Shown in pieces: positions 24,043 to 31,160 of a stretch of 32,000 bases of DNA. The notes beneath the pieces are model-generated. The model had not been told where the DNA came from and searched no databases. It was given only the letters and a program-made list of their open reading frames with translations. How positions within the stretch are numbered: the stretch's first letter is position 1; each line of letters begins with the position of its first letter. The position numbers were made by a program, and so were the translations under genes. The DNA comes from Delftia acidovorans NBRC 14950 (lineage in GTDB: Bacteria; Pseudomonadota; Gammaproteobacteria; Burkholderiales; Burkholderiaceae_C), in assembly GCF_001598795.1 (NCBI RefSeq), contig NZ_BCZP01000021.1, positions 30,001-62,000 on the forward strand. Direction: 5' to 3'.

Positions 24043-24111
24043 CATACGCTGCGTATGAATAGAATCCTATATACATACGTGGCGTATGTAAATAATCATG
24101 CACGCCGTATG
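24043..24111. promoter_or_regulatory. Three tandem palindromic operators CATACG-N3-CGTATG (the third is imperfect) in the MFS/TetR divergent region
   Basis: CATACGCTGCGTATG at 24043-24057, CATACGTGGCGTATG at 24074-24088, and CATGCACGCCGTATG at 24097-24111. The last one abuts the TetR RBS AAGGAG. Confidence 0.65.
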
Positions 24112-24125
24112 TAAGGAGATTGGCC

Positions 24126-24713
24126 ATGGTTCGCCGCACCCGCGCCGAGATGGAAGAAACCCGCGCCACGCTGCTGGCCACGGCCCGCAAGGCCTTTGGA
24201 GAGCAGGGCTACGCCGATGCCTCCATGGACGATCTCACCGCGCAGGTGGGCCTGACGCGGGGCGCGCTGTACCACCATTTCGGCGACAAGCAGGGCCTGC
24301 TGGCGGCCGTGGTCGAGCAGATCGATGCCGAGGTGGATGAACGCCTGAAGGCCATCACCGCCCATGCCCAGGATCCCTGGCAGGGCTTTCGCAGTCGCTG
24401 CCAGGCCTACCTGGAAATGGCGCTGGAGCCTGAAATCCAGCGCATCGTGCTGCGCGATGCGCGCGCGGCTTTGGGCGGTGCGCTGCCGCAATCGCAGCGC
24501 CACTGCATTGCGTCCATGCAGGCACTGATTGCGGACCTCATGGCGCAGGGCATCGTGGCCCGGGCCGATCCGCAGGCGTTGGCATCGCTGATCTACGGCA
24601 GCCTGGCCGAAGCGGCTTTCTGGATTGCCGAGGGCGAGGACGCCGACCTGCGGCTGGAGCGCGGCGCGGCGGCGCTGGACCTGCTGCTGGGCGGGCTGCT
24701 GGCCCGGCCCTGA
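24126..24713 (+). CDS. TetR/AcrR family transcriptional regulator
   Basis: The track start at 24120 is a TTG directly after the RBS. ATG at 24126 lies 8 nt after AAGGAG. HTH: RATLLATARKAFGEQGYADASMDDLTAQVGLTRGALYHHFGDKQGL. Confidence 0.85.
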   Translation: MVRRTRAEMEETRATLLATARKAFGEQGYADASMDDLTAQVGLTRGALYHHFGDKQGLLAAVVEQIDAEVDERLKAITAHAQDPWQGFRSRCQAYLEMALEPEIQRIVLRDARAALGGALPQSQRHCIASMQALIADLMAQGIVARADPQALASLIYGSLAEAAFWIAEGEDADLRLERGAAALDLLLGGLLARP

Positions 24714-24863
24714 GCGGGCCACCTGGCCGCATTCTTGTGCACCCGCCTGCGAAATTCGGCACGCCGCCGCGCCAGCGCGGCAAATCTGCGATGCTCAGTC
24801 GCTTTTCGTTCCCGACTTGAATACAGACGGCGGGGCCTGGCGCCAGGCCCTGCGGACAACAAC

Positions 24864-25526
24864 ATGCATGTTCTCTTGGTGGAAGACAACGCGCTGGTGG
24901 CCAGCGGCGTGCGAGCCGGCCTGCAGCTGCAGGGCTTTGGCGTGGATACCGTGGCCTCGGCCGGGCAGGCGGATGCGGCCATCCGTTCCTCGCATTTCGA
25001 TGCCTGCGTGCTGGACCTGGGCCTGCCGGACGAGGATGGCCTCTCGCTGCTGGCGCGCTGGCGCGGCCAGGGCCTGCAGGTGCCCGTGCTGGTGCTGACG
25101 GCGCGCGATGCCGTGTCCCAGCGCATCGAAGGCCTGCAGACCGGCGCCGACGATTACCTGGTCAAGCCCTTTGACCTGCACGAACTGGCGGCGCGCCTGC
25201 ATGCGCTGCTGCGCCGCGCGGCCGGCCGCAGCGTGGACTGGATCGAGCTGGGCGAGGTGCGCATCAATCCCGCTGCAGGCCATATCCAGCGCCAGGGCCG
25301 CACGGTGGAGCTGTCGCGCCGCGAGTGGTCGCTGCTGCGCGCGCTGCTGCAGTCGCCGGGCCGCATTCTCAGCACCGAGCAACTGCGCGACAGCCTCTAC
25401 GGCTACAGCCAGGACGTGGAGAGCAATGCCGTCAACGTTCATGTGCACCATCTGCGCCGCAAGCTGGGCCATGAACTGGTGGAGACGGTGCGCGGCGAGG
25501 GCTATCGCCTGGGCCTGCACCCATGA
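24864..25526 (+). CDS. OmpR-family response regulator, PmrA(BasR)/QseB subgroup
   Basis: Track ORF 24735..25526; ATG at 24864 gives MHVLLVEDNALV... Receiver motifs DLGLPDEDG, VLVLTARD and GADDYLVKPF. The wHTH SNAVNVHVHHLRRKLG is almost identical to E. coli QseB SNAVEVHVHHLRRKLG. Confidence 0.85.
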   Translation: MHVLLVEDNALVASGVRAGLQLQGFGVDTVASAGQADAAIRSSHFDACVLDLGLPDEDGLSLLARWRGQGLQVPVLVLTARDAVSQRIEGLQTGADDYLVKPFDLHELAARLHALLRRAAGRSVDWIELGEVRINPAAGHIQRQGRTVELSRREWSLLRALLQSPGRILSTEQLRDSLYGYSQDVESNAVNVHVHHLRRKLGHELVETVRGEGYRLGLHP

Positions 25527-27073
25527 TGCGCAGCCTGCGCGTGCGCCTGCTGGCATGTCTGTGCCTGGCGCTGTGCACGCTGTGGGGCGGGGTGGCGGCC
25601 TGGATGTTCTCCGACATGCGCAACGAACTGCGCACCGTGCTGGATGACCGGCTGATCGCCTCGGCGCGCATGGTGGCCGGCATCGTCCACCAGTTCCGGC
25701 CTGCCCGGGAGCTGCCGCAGGACTGGAGCCCCATGCTCAACGTGATCGCGCGCGACGGCGTGGCCTGCGAGGTCAGCCTGGTGCGCGGCGAGGTCCAGCC
25801 CGTGCGCCCCGAATCGGCCCTGCCGCAGGTGCTGGCCAAGACCGAGGGCAGTCCCGTGTTCCCGCAGAGCATGCCGCTGGGCTTCTCGACCATCATCAAG
25901 GGCGGCAAGCCCTGGCGCACCTATGTGCTGGAGGACCACGGCGTGCGCATCGCCACGGCCGACCGCATCGATGTGCGCGAGGGCCTGATCCACGGCTTTG
26001 CCTACACCATCGTCCTGCCCTTCGTGCTGGCGCTGCTGGCCAGCATGGGGCTGATGTGGTGGGCCGTGACCCAGGGCCTCAGGCCGCTGGAGGCCCTGCG
26101 GCGCGAACTGGCGCGCCGCCCGCCCGGCGACGACTCGCCCGTGGCCCAGGGCCTGCAGACGCGCGAGCTGGCGCCGCTGGTGGGCACGCTCAACCAGCTG
26201 CTGCACCGCGTGCGCGCCGCCATCGACCGCGAGCGCCGCTGGAGCGACGACGCCGCCCATGAGTTGCGCACGCCGCTCACCGCCATCAAGACCCATGTGC
26301 AGGTGGCGCAGATGGCGCTGGCGGCGCCCGGCATGCCTGCCGGCCTTCTGGCCGCGCCGCCCGGCTCCATGGCCCGCGATTCGCTGGCCCAGGCGGGCGA
26401 GGGCGTGGAGCACCTGCAGCACACGCTGGAGCAGTTGCTGCTGCTGGCGCGGCTGGAGCAGCATGAACCGGGTGCCGCCAATGCGCTGGCCTGCGGCGAT
26501 GCGCCTGCCGATGCGCTGCAGGCGCTGGACAAGGCCTGGCAACTGGCGGTGAATGCCGTGAGCGCCGGAGCACCGGCGCCGGCGCAGCGCCAATGGTTGG
26601 ACACGCACCAGCAGCCCGGCAACGGCGCCTGGCCGCTGGCCATCTCCGAGCCCCTGCTGGTCTCGGCCCTGCGCAATCTGCTGGAAAACGCCCTGCGCCA
26701 TGCGCCGCAGCATGCCGTGGAACTGGCGGTGCGGCCCATTGGCGCCATGCCGGGCAAGACACAGCAGCCGGGCTCAGGCTATGTGGAGTTCACCGTGGCC
26801 GACCATGGCCCGGGGCTCAGCGCCGAGGAATGCGAAGAGGCCACGCGCCGCTTTTGGCGCAAGCGTCCCCAGGAGCATGGCAGCGGCCTGGGCCTGCCCA
26901 TCGTGCAGCGCATCGCCGAATGCGCAGGCGGCTGCCTGCTGCTGCAGCCGCGCAGCCTGTGGCGGCCCGAGGAAGGCCAGGCCAGCGGCCTGGTCGCGCG
27001 CCTGTACCTGCCGCTGGCGGACGGCCCGGGCCCGCAGGCCCCGGCCGCCGGCCCATTAGCGCCGGCCCATTAA
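25523..27073 (+). CDS. Sensor histidine kinase (QseC/BasS-like)
   Basis: ATGA overlap with the regulator stop. Two TM helices flank a periplasmic domain of about 140 aa. H-box AAHELRTPLTAI, N-box LRNLLENALRHAP, G-boxes DHGPGL and GSGLGLPIV. Confidence 0.85.
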   Translation: MMRSLRVRLLACLCLALCTLWGGVAAWMFSDMRNELRTVLDDRLIASARMVAGIVHQFRPARELPQDWSPMLNVIARDGVACEVSLVRGEVQPVRPESALPQVLAKTEGSPVFPQSMPLGFSTIIKGGKPWRTYVLEDHGVRIATADRIDVREGLIHGFAYTIVLPFVLALLASMGLMWWAVTQGLRPLEALRRELARRPPGDDSPVAQGLQTRELAPLVGTLNQLLHRVRAAIDRERRWSDDAAHELRTPLTAIKTHVQVAQMALAAPGMPAGLLAAPPGSMARDSLAQAGEGVEHLQHTLEQLLLLARLEQHEPGAANALACGDAPADALQALDKAWQLAVNAVSAGAPAPAQRQWLDTHQQPGNGAWPLAISEPLLVSALRNLLENALRHAPQHAVELAVRPIGAMPGKTQQPGSGYVEFTVADHGPGLSAEECEEATRRFWRKRPQEHGSGLGLPIVQRIAECAGGCLLLQPRSLWRPEEGQASGLVARLYLPLADGPGPQAPAAGPLAPAH

Positions 27074-27085
27074 CGCCGGCTTAAT
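27068..27085 (+). promoter_or_regulatory. PmrA-box-like direct repeat (C)ATTAAC-GCCGG-CTTAAT overlapping the kinase stop codon, upstream of tsdB
   Basis: TTAA cores at 27070-27073 and 27081-27084 (11-bp periodicity). CTTAAT is a perfect YTTAAK half-site. A degenerate third copy, CATTAG, sits 14 nt upstream (27054-27059). About 160 nt before the tsdB start. Confidence 0.45.
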
Positions 27086-27241
27086 CTCGGTTCCGTATCG
27101 TGCGGGCCTGGCTGGCCAGCCCTGCGGGCATTGCGCCTTGCGGGGCGGCGGCCGGTATCCCTATTCGATCCTGTCCGCCGCAGCCGTGCGCTCCTGGGTG
27201 CGTGGCGCGGACGCATGGCAGGGCAAATGCCTCTTCCCACG

Positions 27242-27991
27242 ATGATCCGCATGAACAAACAGACCCTGTCCCGGTCGAGCATCGCCATCGGCATCTGCAT
27301 GCTGATGGGCAGCGCCTGGGCGCAAGACGCCGCGCCCAAGGCAGCAGCGCCCACAGCTGCGGTGCAAGGCAGTGCAGCAGCCGGCCAGAAAATCGCCCAG
27401 TCGGGCACGCCCCAGGGTGCGGCGGCATGTGCCACCTGCCACGGCGCCAAGGGCGAGGGCATGGCGGGCTTTCCGGCCCTGGCCGGCCAGCACGCCGGCT
27501 ATCTGGCGCGCCAGCTCCAGCACCTGGCCGACGGCAGCCGCCAGGCCCCCGTGATGGCGCCCATGGCCAAGGCCCTGTCGGCCCAGGACCGCGCCGATGT
27601 GGCCGCCTATTACGCCAGCCTGCCGCTGCCCATCCAGCCCGTGCGCGGCCCGCTGCCCAAGGGCAAGGACGATGACGGCGCCTGGCTGGTCGAGCGCGGA
27701 CGCTGGGCGGACGGCATTCCCGCCTGTGCCCAATGCCACGGCCCGGGCGGCGTGGGCGTGGGCGCCGATTTCCCGGCCATCGGCCACCTGACGGCCGACT
27801 ACATGCAAAGCCAGGTCGCCGCCTGGAACAAGGGCCAGCGCGAGGCTGGCCCGCTGGGCCTCATGGGCAAGGTCGCGCAAAAGCTCACGCCCGCGGACAT
27901 CCAGGCCGTGGCGGCCTACTACGCCCGCCTGCATGGCGCCAGCCCCAGCACCAGCACCGCAGCCACGGCCTCCGCGCCAGCCAAACCCTGA
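27242..27991 (+). CDS. tsdB: Dihaem cytochrome c (c4-type), TsdB-like electron acceptor of thiosulfate dehydrogenase
   Basis: Track ORF 27131..27991; start at ATG 27242 or 27251 (MIRMNKQTLSRSSIAIGICMLMGSAWA-QD signal peptide). Two CxxCH motifs (CATCHG, CAQCHG), each followed by a Met-containing distal segment. Immediately upstream of the tsdA-like gene. Confidence 0.7.
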   Translation: MIRMNKQTLSRSSIAIGICMLMGSAWAQDAAPKAAAPTAAVQGSAAAGQKIAQSGTPQGAAACATCHGAKGEGMAGFPALAGQHAGYLARQLQHLADGSRQAPVMAPMAKALSAQDRADVAAYYASLPLPIQPVRGPLPKGKDDDGAWLVERGRWADGIPACAQCHGPGGVGVGADFPAIGHLTADYMQSQVAAWNKGQREAGPLGLMGKVAQKLTPADIQAVAAYYARLHGASPSTSTAATASAPAKP

Positions 27992-29040
27992 TGGACCGGG
28001 AGCCGAACATGTCCGACACACAACCCACCCGCGCCTCCAAAAACTCCAATACCGCCGAGTACGCCGTCGTCGCCTGCCTGTTCGCCGGCCTGGCGGGCGC
28101 GCTCGCCTATGGCATGTACATCAGCCAGCCAGACATGCCACCTGCGCCGGCCCGCGTGGGCGCGGTCCCCGCTGCGGCTGCCACCGCAGCCAGGGCCGAT
28201 GCAAATGCGAATGCCCAGGTCACCTCCCAGGCCGTGAAAGTGGCTGCCGACGGCGGCGCCTTCACGCCCCCCGGCGCCCGCGACATCCCCGACACGCCCA
28301 TGGGCGAGTGGATTCGGCGTGGCGAGGCCATCTTCCTGCGCACGCCGGCCAACGCAGTGGGCTTTTCGGGCAACACCCTCAACTGCGTGAACTGCCACCT
28401 GGACGCAGGCCGGCTCAAGGGCGCCGCACCCATGTGGGGTGCCTACCCGCTGTACCCTGCTTACCGCAAGAAGACCAACCACGTGGACACCTTCGCCGAG
28501 CGCGTGCGCGGCTGCTTCATGTACAGCATGAACGGCAAGGCCCCCGACGACGGCCACGACATCCTCGTGGCGCTGGAGGCCTATGCCTACTGGATGGCAC
28601 AGAAGGCGCCCACGGGCGAGAAGCTGCCCGGTGCGGGCTTCACCAAGGTGGGCAAGGCCGCGCAGGAGCCCAGCTTCGAGCGCGGCGCCAAGGTCTACGA
28701 GGCCAAGTGCGCGCTGTGCCACGGCCCTCAGGGCCAGGGCCAGGAAGTAGGCGGTGTGACCGTGTTCCCGCCGCTGTGGGGCAAGCAGTCCTACAACTGG
28801 GGCGCGGGCACGCACGAAGTGGACAAGGCCGCCAGCTTCATCAAGGGCAACATGCCCTACGGCAACCCCACGCTGGATGACCAGGAGGCCTGGGACGTGG
28901 CCACCTACATCAACAGCATGGAGCGCCCCCAGGACCCGCGCTTCACCGGCAACGTGGCCGACACGCGCAAGCAGTTCCACGACAACCCGTACTCGCTGTA
29001 CGGCACCGAGGTCAACGGGCGGCTGCTCAAGGGTCTTTGA
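27991..29040 (+). CDS. tsdA: Thiosulfate dehydrogenase TsdA-like dihaem cytochrome c
   Basis: Track ORF 27733..29040; in-frame ATG at 27991 (1-nt overlap with the tsdB TGA) or at 28009. Hydrophobic N-terminal anchor. Haem motifs CVNCH and CALCH. A Cys in ERVRGCFMYSMNG sits where TsdA/SoxA-type proteins carry the haem-ligating active-site Cys. YPAYRKK, FPPLWG..S.NWGAG and RPQDPRF are as I recall for the TsdA family. Confidence 0.7.
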   Translation: MDREPNMSDTQPTRASKNSNTAEYAVVACLFAGLAGALAYGMYISQPDMPPAPARVGAVPAAAATAARADANANAQVTSQAVKVAADGGAFTPPGARDIPDTPMGEWIRRGEAIFLRTPANAVGFSGNTLNCVNCHLDAGRLKGAAPMWGAYPLYPAYRKKTNHVDTFAERVRGCFMYSMNGKAPDDGHDILVALEAYAYWMAQKAPTGEKLPGAGFTKVGKAAQEPSFERGAKVYEAKCALCHGPQGQGQEVGGVTVFPPLWGKQSYNWGAGTHEVDKAASFIKGNMPYGNPTLDDQEAWDVATYINSMERPQDPRFTGNVADTRKQFHDNPYSLYGTEVNGRLLKGL

Positions 29041-29053
29041 GCGGATCGGACAG

Positions 29054-29085
29054 GCAACGGCAGGCCGGGCGCAGGCCTGCGTTGC
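29054..29085 (+). terminator. Hairpin after tsdA (GCAACG-g-CAGGCC / GGCCTGCGTTGC)
   Basis: 12-bp stem with one bulge and a 7-nt loop, 14 nt after the tsdA stop. No clear U-tract. Confidence 0.4.
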
Positions 29086-29191
29086 TGCAAGGGACAGGGC
29101 GCTGACAGCCGCCCTGCAAGCGCATCTGCGCCGGTGCGGCCTTTGCACCAGACGGCGTACGGTCATCGGTTTGACGGCCGGCATTTCATGA

Positions 29192-29210
29192 TTTAATAAG
29201 AATCATTCTC
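29192..29210. promoter_or_regulatory. Fur box-like site TTTAATAAGAATCATTCTC
   Basis: 14/19 identities to the GATAATGATAATCATTATC consensus (hand alignment). AT-rich island about 135 nt upstream of the DUF2325-fur-nitroreductase operon. Confidence 0.55.
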
Positions 29211-29343
29211 ACTGATTTGCCGACGCATCCGGCTTGCACCGCAGCACACCGCCTTGCCGGCAAGCCCGGCCCGTGCCGCACAGGGCCATGCGCAAAGGCC
29301 TTCGCGCGACCACCGCGCAATGCTCAGGTTTGCCGAGGAAACC

Positions 29344-29949
29344 ATGACCCAGACCTTGGACGACATTCAGCAACTGGCGCATGAGCACCAGGTGTTGCTG
29401 CGTGGCTACGGCCACGCCCAGTTGCGCAGCAGCGAGCTGCTGTGCCTTCAAGCCCAGGAAATAGAGAGGCTGCAAAGGCTGGTGATCCGCCAGCGCGCTG
29501 CCTTGATGGCCAAGGAAACCCAGCTGCTGTGGGCGCGCGAGGAGCGCGAGGCGCTGGAAAATGCCATTCCCGGCCTCTCGCGCCGCGTCACGCTGGCACG
29601 GCGCGTGGAGTCGCTGCTGGTGCGCGTGCAGGACCTGTTGCGCGAGCGCGCACGCTGGCAGCGCCAGACGGCCGCGCCCGCGGCACAGCCCGCCATGCCT
29701 GCGCGGGAGCCCGAACAGGACGCCGAGGCCTTCGAGGCCAGCCTGCGCGAGGCCGATCTGGTGATCTGCCAGACCGGCTGCCTGAGCCACGGCGAGTACT
29801 GGCGCATGCAGGACCATTGCCAGCGCACGGGCAAGACCTGCGTGCTGGTGGAGCAGCCCGATGCGCTGCGCATCGTCCGCATACACCGGGGTGCCGAAGG
29901 CGGCGACAACCCCGCCATGACACTGACACACGGAGACACCACCGCATGA
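29344..29949 (+). CDS. DUF2325 domain-containing protein with an N-terminal coiled-coil
   Basis: Track ORF 29254..29949. ATG at 29344 follows GAGGAA. The C-terminal ADLVICQTGCLSHGEYWRMQDHCQRTGKTCVLVEQPDAL matches my recollection of DUF2325. The stop overlaps the fur ATG (ATGA at 29946-29949). Confidence 0.6.
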   Translation: MTQTLDDIQQLAHEHQVLLRGYGHAQLRSSELLCLQAQEIERLQRLVIRQRAALMAKETQLLWAREEREALENAIPGLSRRVTLARRVESLLVRVQDLLRERARWQRQTAAPAAQPAMPAREPEQDAEAFEASLREADLVICQTGCLSHGEYWRMQDHCQRTGKTCVLVEQPDALRIVRIHRGAEGGDNPAMTLTHGDTTA

Positions 29950-30449
29950 CACGCAGCAAGATGCCCCTGAGCCCGGGCGGCGAACCCGAACTGCGCAGCG
30001 TCGGCCTGAAGGCCACGCTGCCGCGCATGCAGGTATTGGAGATGTTTCGCCAGAGCGAGTCGCGTCACCTGCACGCCGAAGACGTGTTCCGCCTGCTGGC
30101 CGAGCGGCGTGCCGAGGTGGGCCTGGCCACCGTCTACCGCGTGCTGTCGCAGCTGGAGGCCGCAGGCCTGCTGCTGCGCCAGACCTTTGAAAGTGGCAAG
30201 GCGGTGTTCGAGCTCAATGAGGGGCCGCACCATGACCACCTGATCTGCCTGCAGTGCGGACGCGTGGATGAATTCAGCAACGACCACATCGAGGCGCTGC
30301 AGCACCAGGTGGCCCAGGCCCACGGCTACCGCCTGGCCGACCACCGCCTGGCCCTGTACGGCCATTGCGGCGCATGCTCGCAGCTGCCACCCGAATCACC
30401 GGCACAGCCCGTGCAGGCAAGACAGCCTGCGCTGCAGGACAACGAATGA
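29946..30449 (+). CDS. fur: Ferric uptake regulator Fur
   Basis: In the frame of track ORF 29442..30449. LKATLPRMQVLEMF, GLATVYRVLSQLEAAGLL, FELNEGPHHDHLICLQCGRVDEF and LALYGHCGAC align closely with E. coli Fur (LKVTLPRLKILEVL, GLATVYRVLNQFDDAGIV, HHHDHLICLDCGKVIEF, LYLYGHC). Confidence 0.85.
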   Translation: MTRSKMPLSPGGEPELRSVGLKATLPRMQVLEMFRQSESRHLHAEDVFRLLAERRAEVGLATVYRVLSQLEAAGLLLRQTFESGKAVFELNEGPHHDHLICLQCGRVDEFSNDHIEALQHQVAQAHGYRLADHRLALYGHCGACSQLPPESPAQPVQARQPALQDNE

Positions 30450-31093
30450 GCACCAACGACAGATCCCTGACCCCCGAGCAGCGCGCCGCGCTGGACCTGC
30501 TGATGTCGCGCCAGTCACGCTGGCCGCTGCAGGAGCCGGCGCCCGGCCCTGGCGTGATCGACACCGTCATCGACGCGGCCTTGCGCGCCCCCGACCACGG
30601 CCAGCTGCGCCCCTGGCGCTTCGTGCTGGTGCAGGGCGATGCGCGCCATGCGCTGGGCGAGGTGTTCGTGCAGGCCGCCAAGGCGCGCGACCCCCAGGCC
30701 GACGTCGAGCGATTCCGCGCCAAGGCCCTGTCCGCCCCGCTGATCATTGCGCTGGGCGTGCACCTGCAGCCCGAGCACAAGGTGCCTGAAAGCGAGCAGC
30801 TGCTGGCCGGTGGCGCTGCCGCCATGAACATGCTCAACGCCCTGCACATCCTGGGCTTTGGCGGCTTCTGGGCCAGCGGCGCCAACAGCCACGATGCGCG
30901 CGTGCGCGAGGCCCTGGGATTCGAGCCCCATGACCGGCTCGTCGGCCTGCTGTATGTGGGCACGCCCGTCTCGGCCGGCCGCGAAGCCCTGCGGCCGCCG
31001 CGCAACCGCTTTGTGCGCGAATGGCAGCCCGGGCAAGACTTGGTGCAAGGCCTGGCCCTGGCCCTGTCCTCCAGCGCGGCCGACGAAGGCTGA
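30446..31093 (+). CDS. NAD(P)H nitroreductase family protein (YdjA-like)
   Basis: Track ORF 30365..31093. ATG at 30446 overlaps the fur stop (ATGA). RAPDHGQLRPWRF, KALSAPLIIAL, HKVPESEQLLAGGAA, GFGGFW and LLYVGTP parallel E. coli YdjA. Confidence 0.8.
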   Translation: MSTNDRSLTPEQRAALDLLMSRQSRWPLQEPAPGPGVIDTVIDAALRAPDHGQLRPWRFVLVQGDARHALGEVFVQAAKARDPQADVERFRAKALSAPLIIALGVHLQPEHKVPESEQLLAGGAAAMNMLNALHILGFGGFWASGANSHDARVREALGFEPHDRLVGLLYVGTPVSAGREALRPPRNRFVREWQPGQDLVQGLALALSSSAADEG

Positions 31094-31110
31094 TCCTGGT
31101 TCGCTGAAAC

Positions 31111-31139
31111 AAAGATGCCCGGCTAGACCGGGCATCTTT
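31111..31139. terminator. Bidirectional rho-independent-type terminator between convergent genes
   Basis: AAAGATGCCCGG-ctaga-CCGGGCATCTTT: a perfect 12-bp stem, A-run 5' and T-run 3', between the nitroreductase stop (31093) and the methyltransferase stop (31161). Confidence 0.8.
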
Positions 31140-31160
31140 CGTTGCGGCTGCACAATCGGC

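Noticed and set aside
29946-30449. Whether the Fur-family protein is Zur, PerR or Irr rather than Fur
   Set aside because: The block-by-block similarity to E. coli Fur (HHDHLICL.CG, LATVYRVL) and the upstream Fur-box-like site favour Fur. Paralogue status (a second fur in the genome) cannot be judged from this window.
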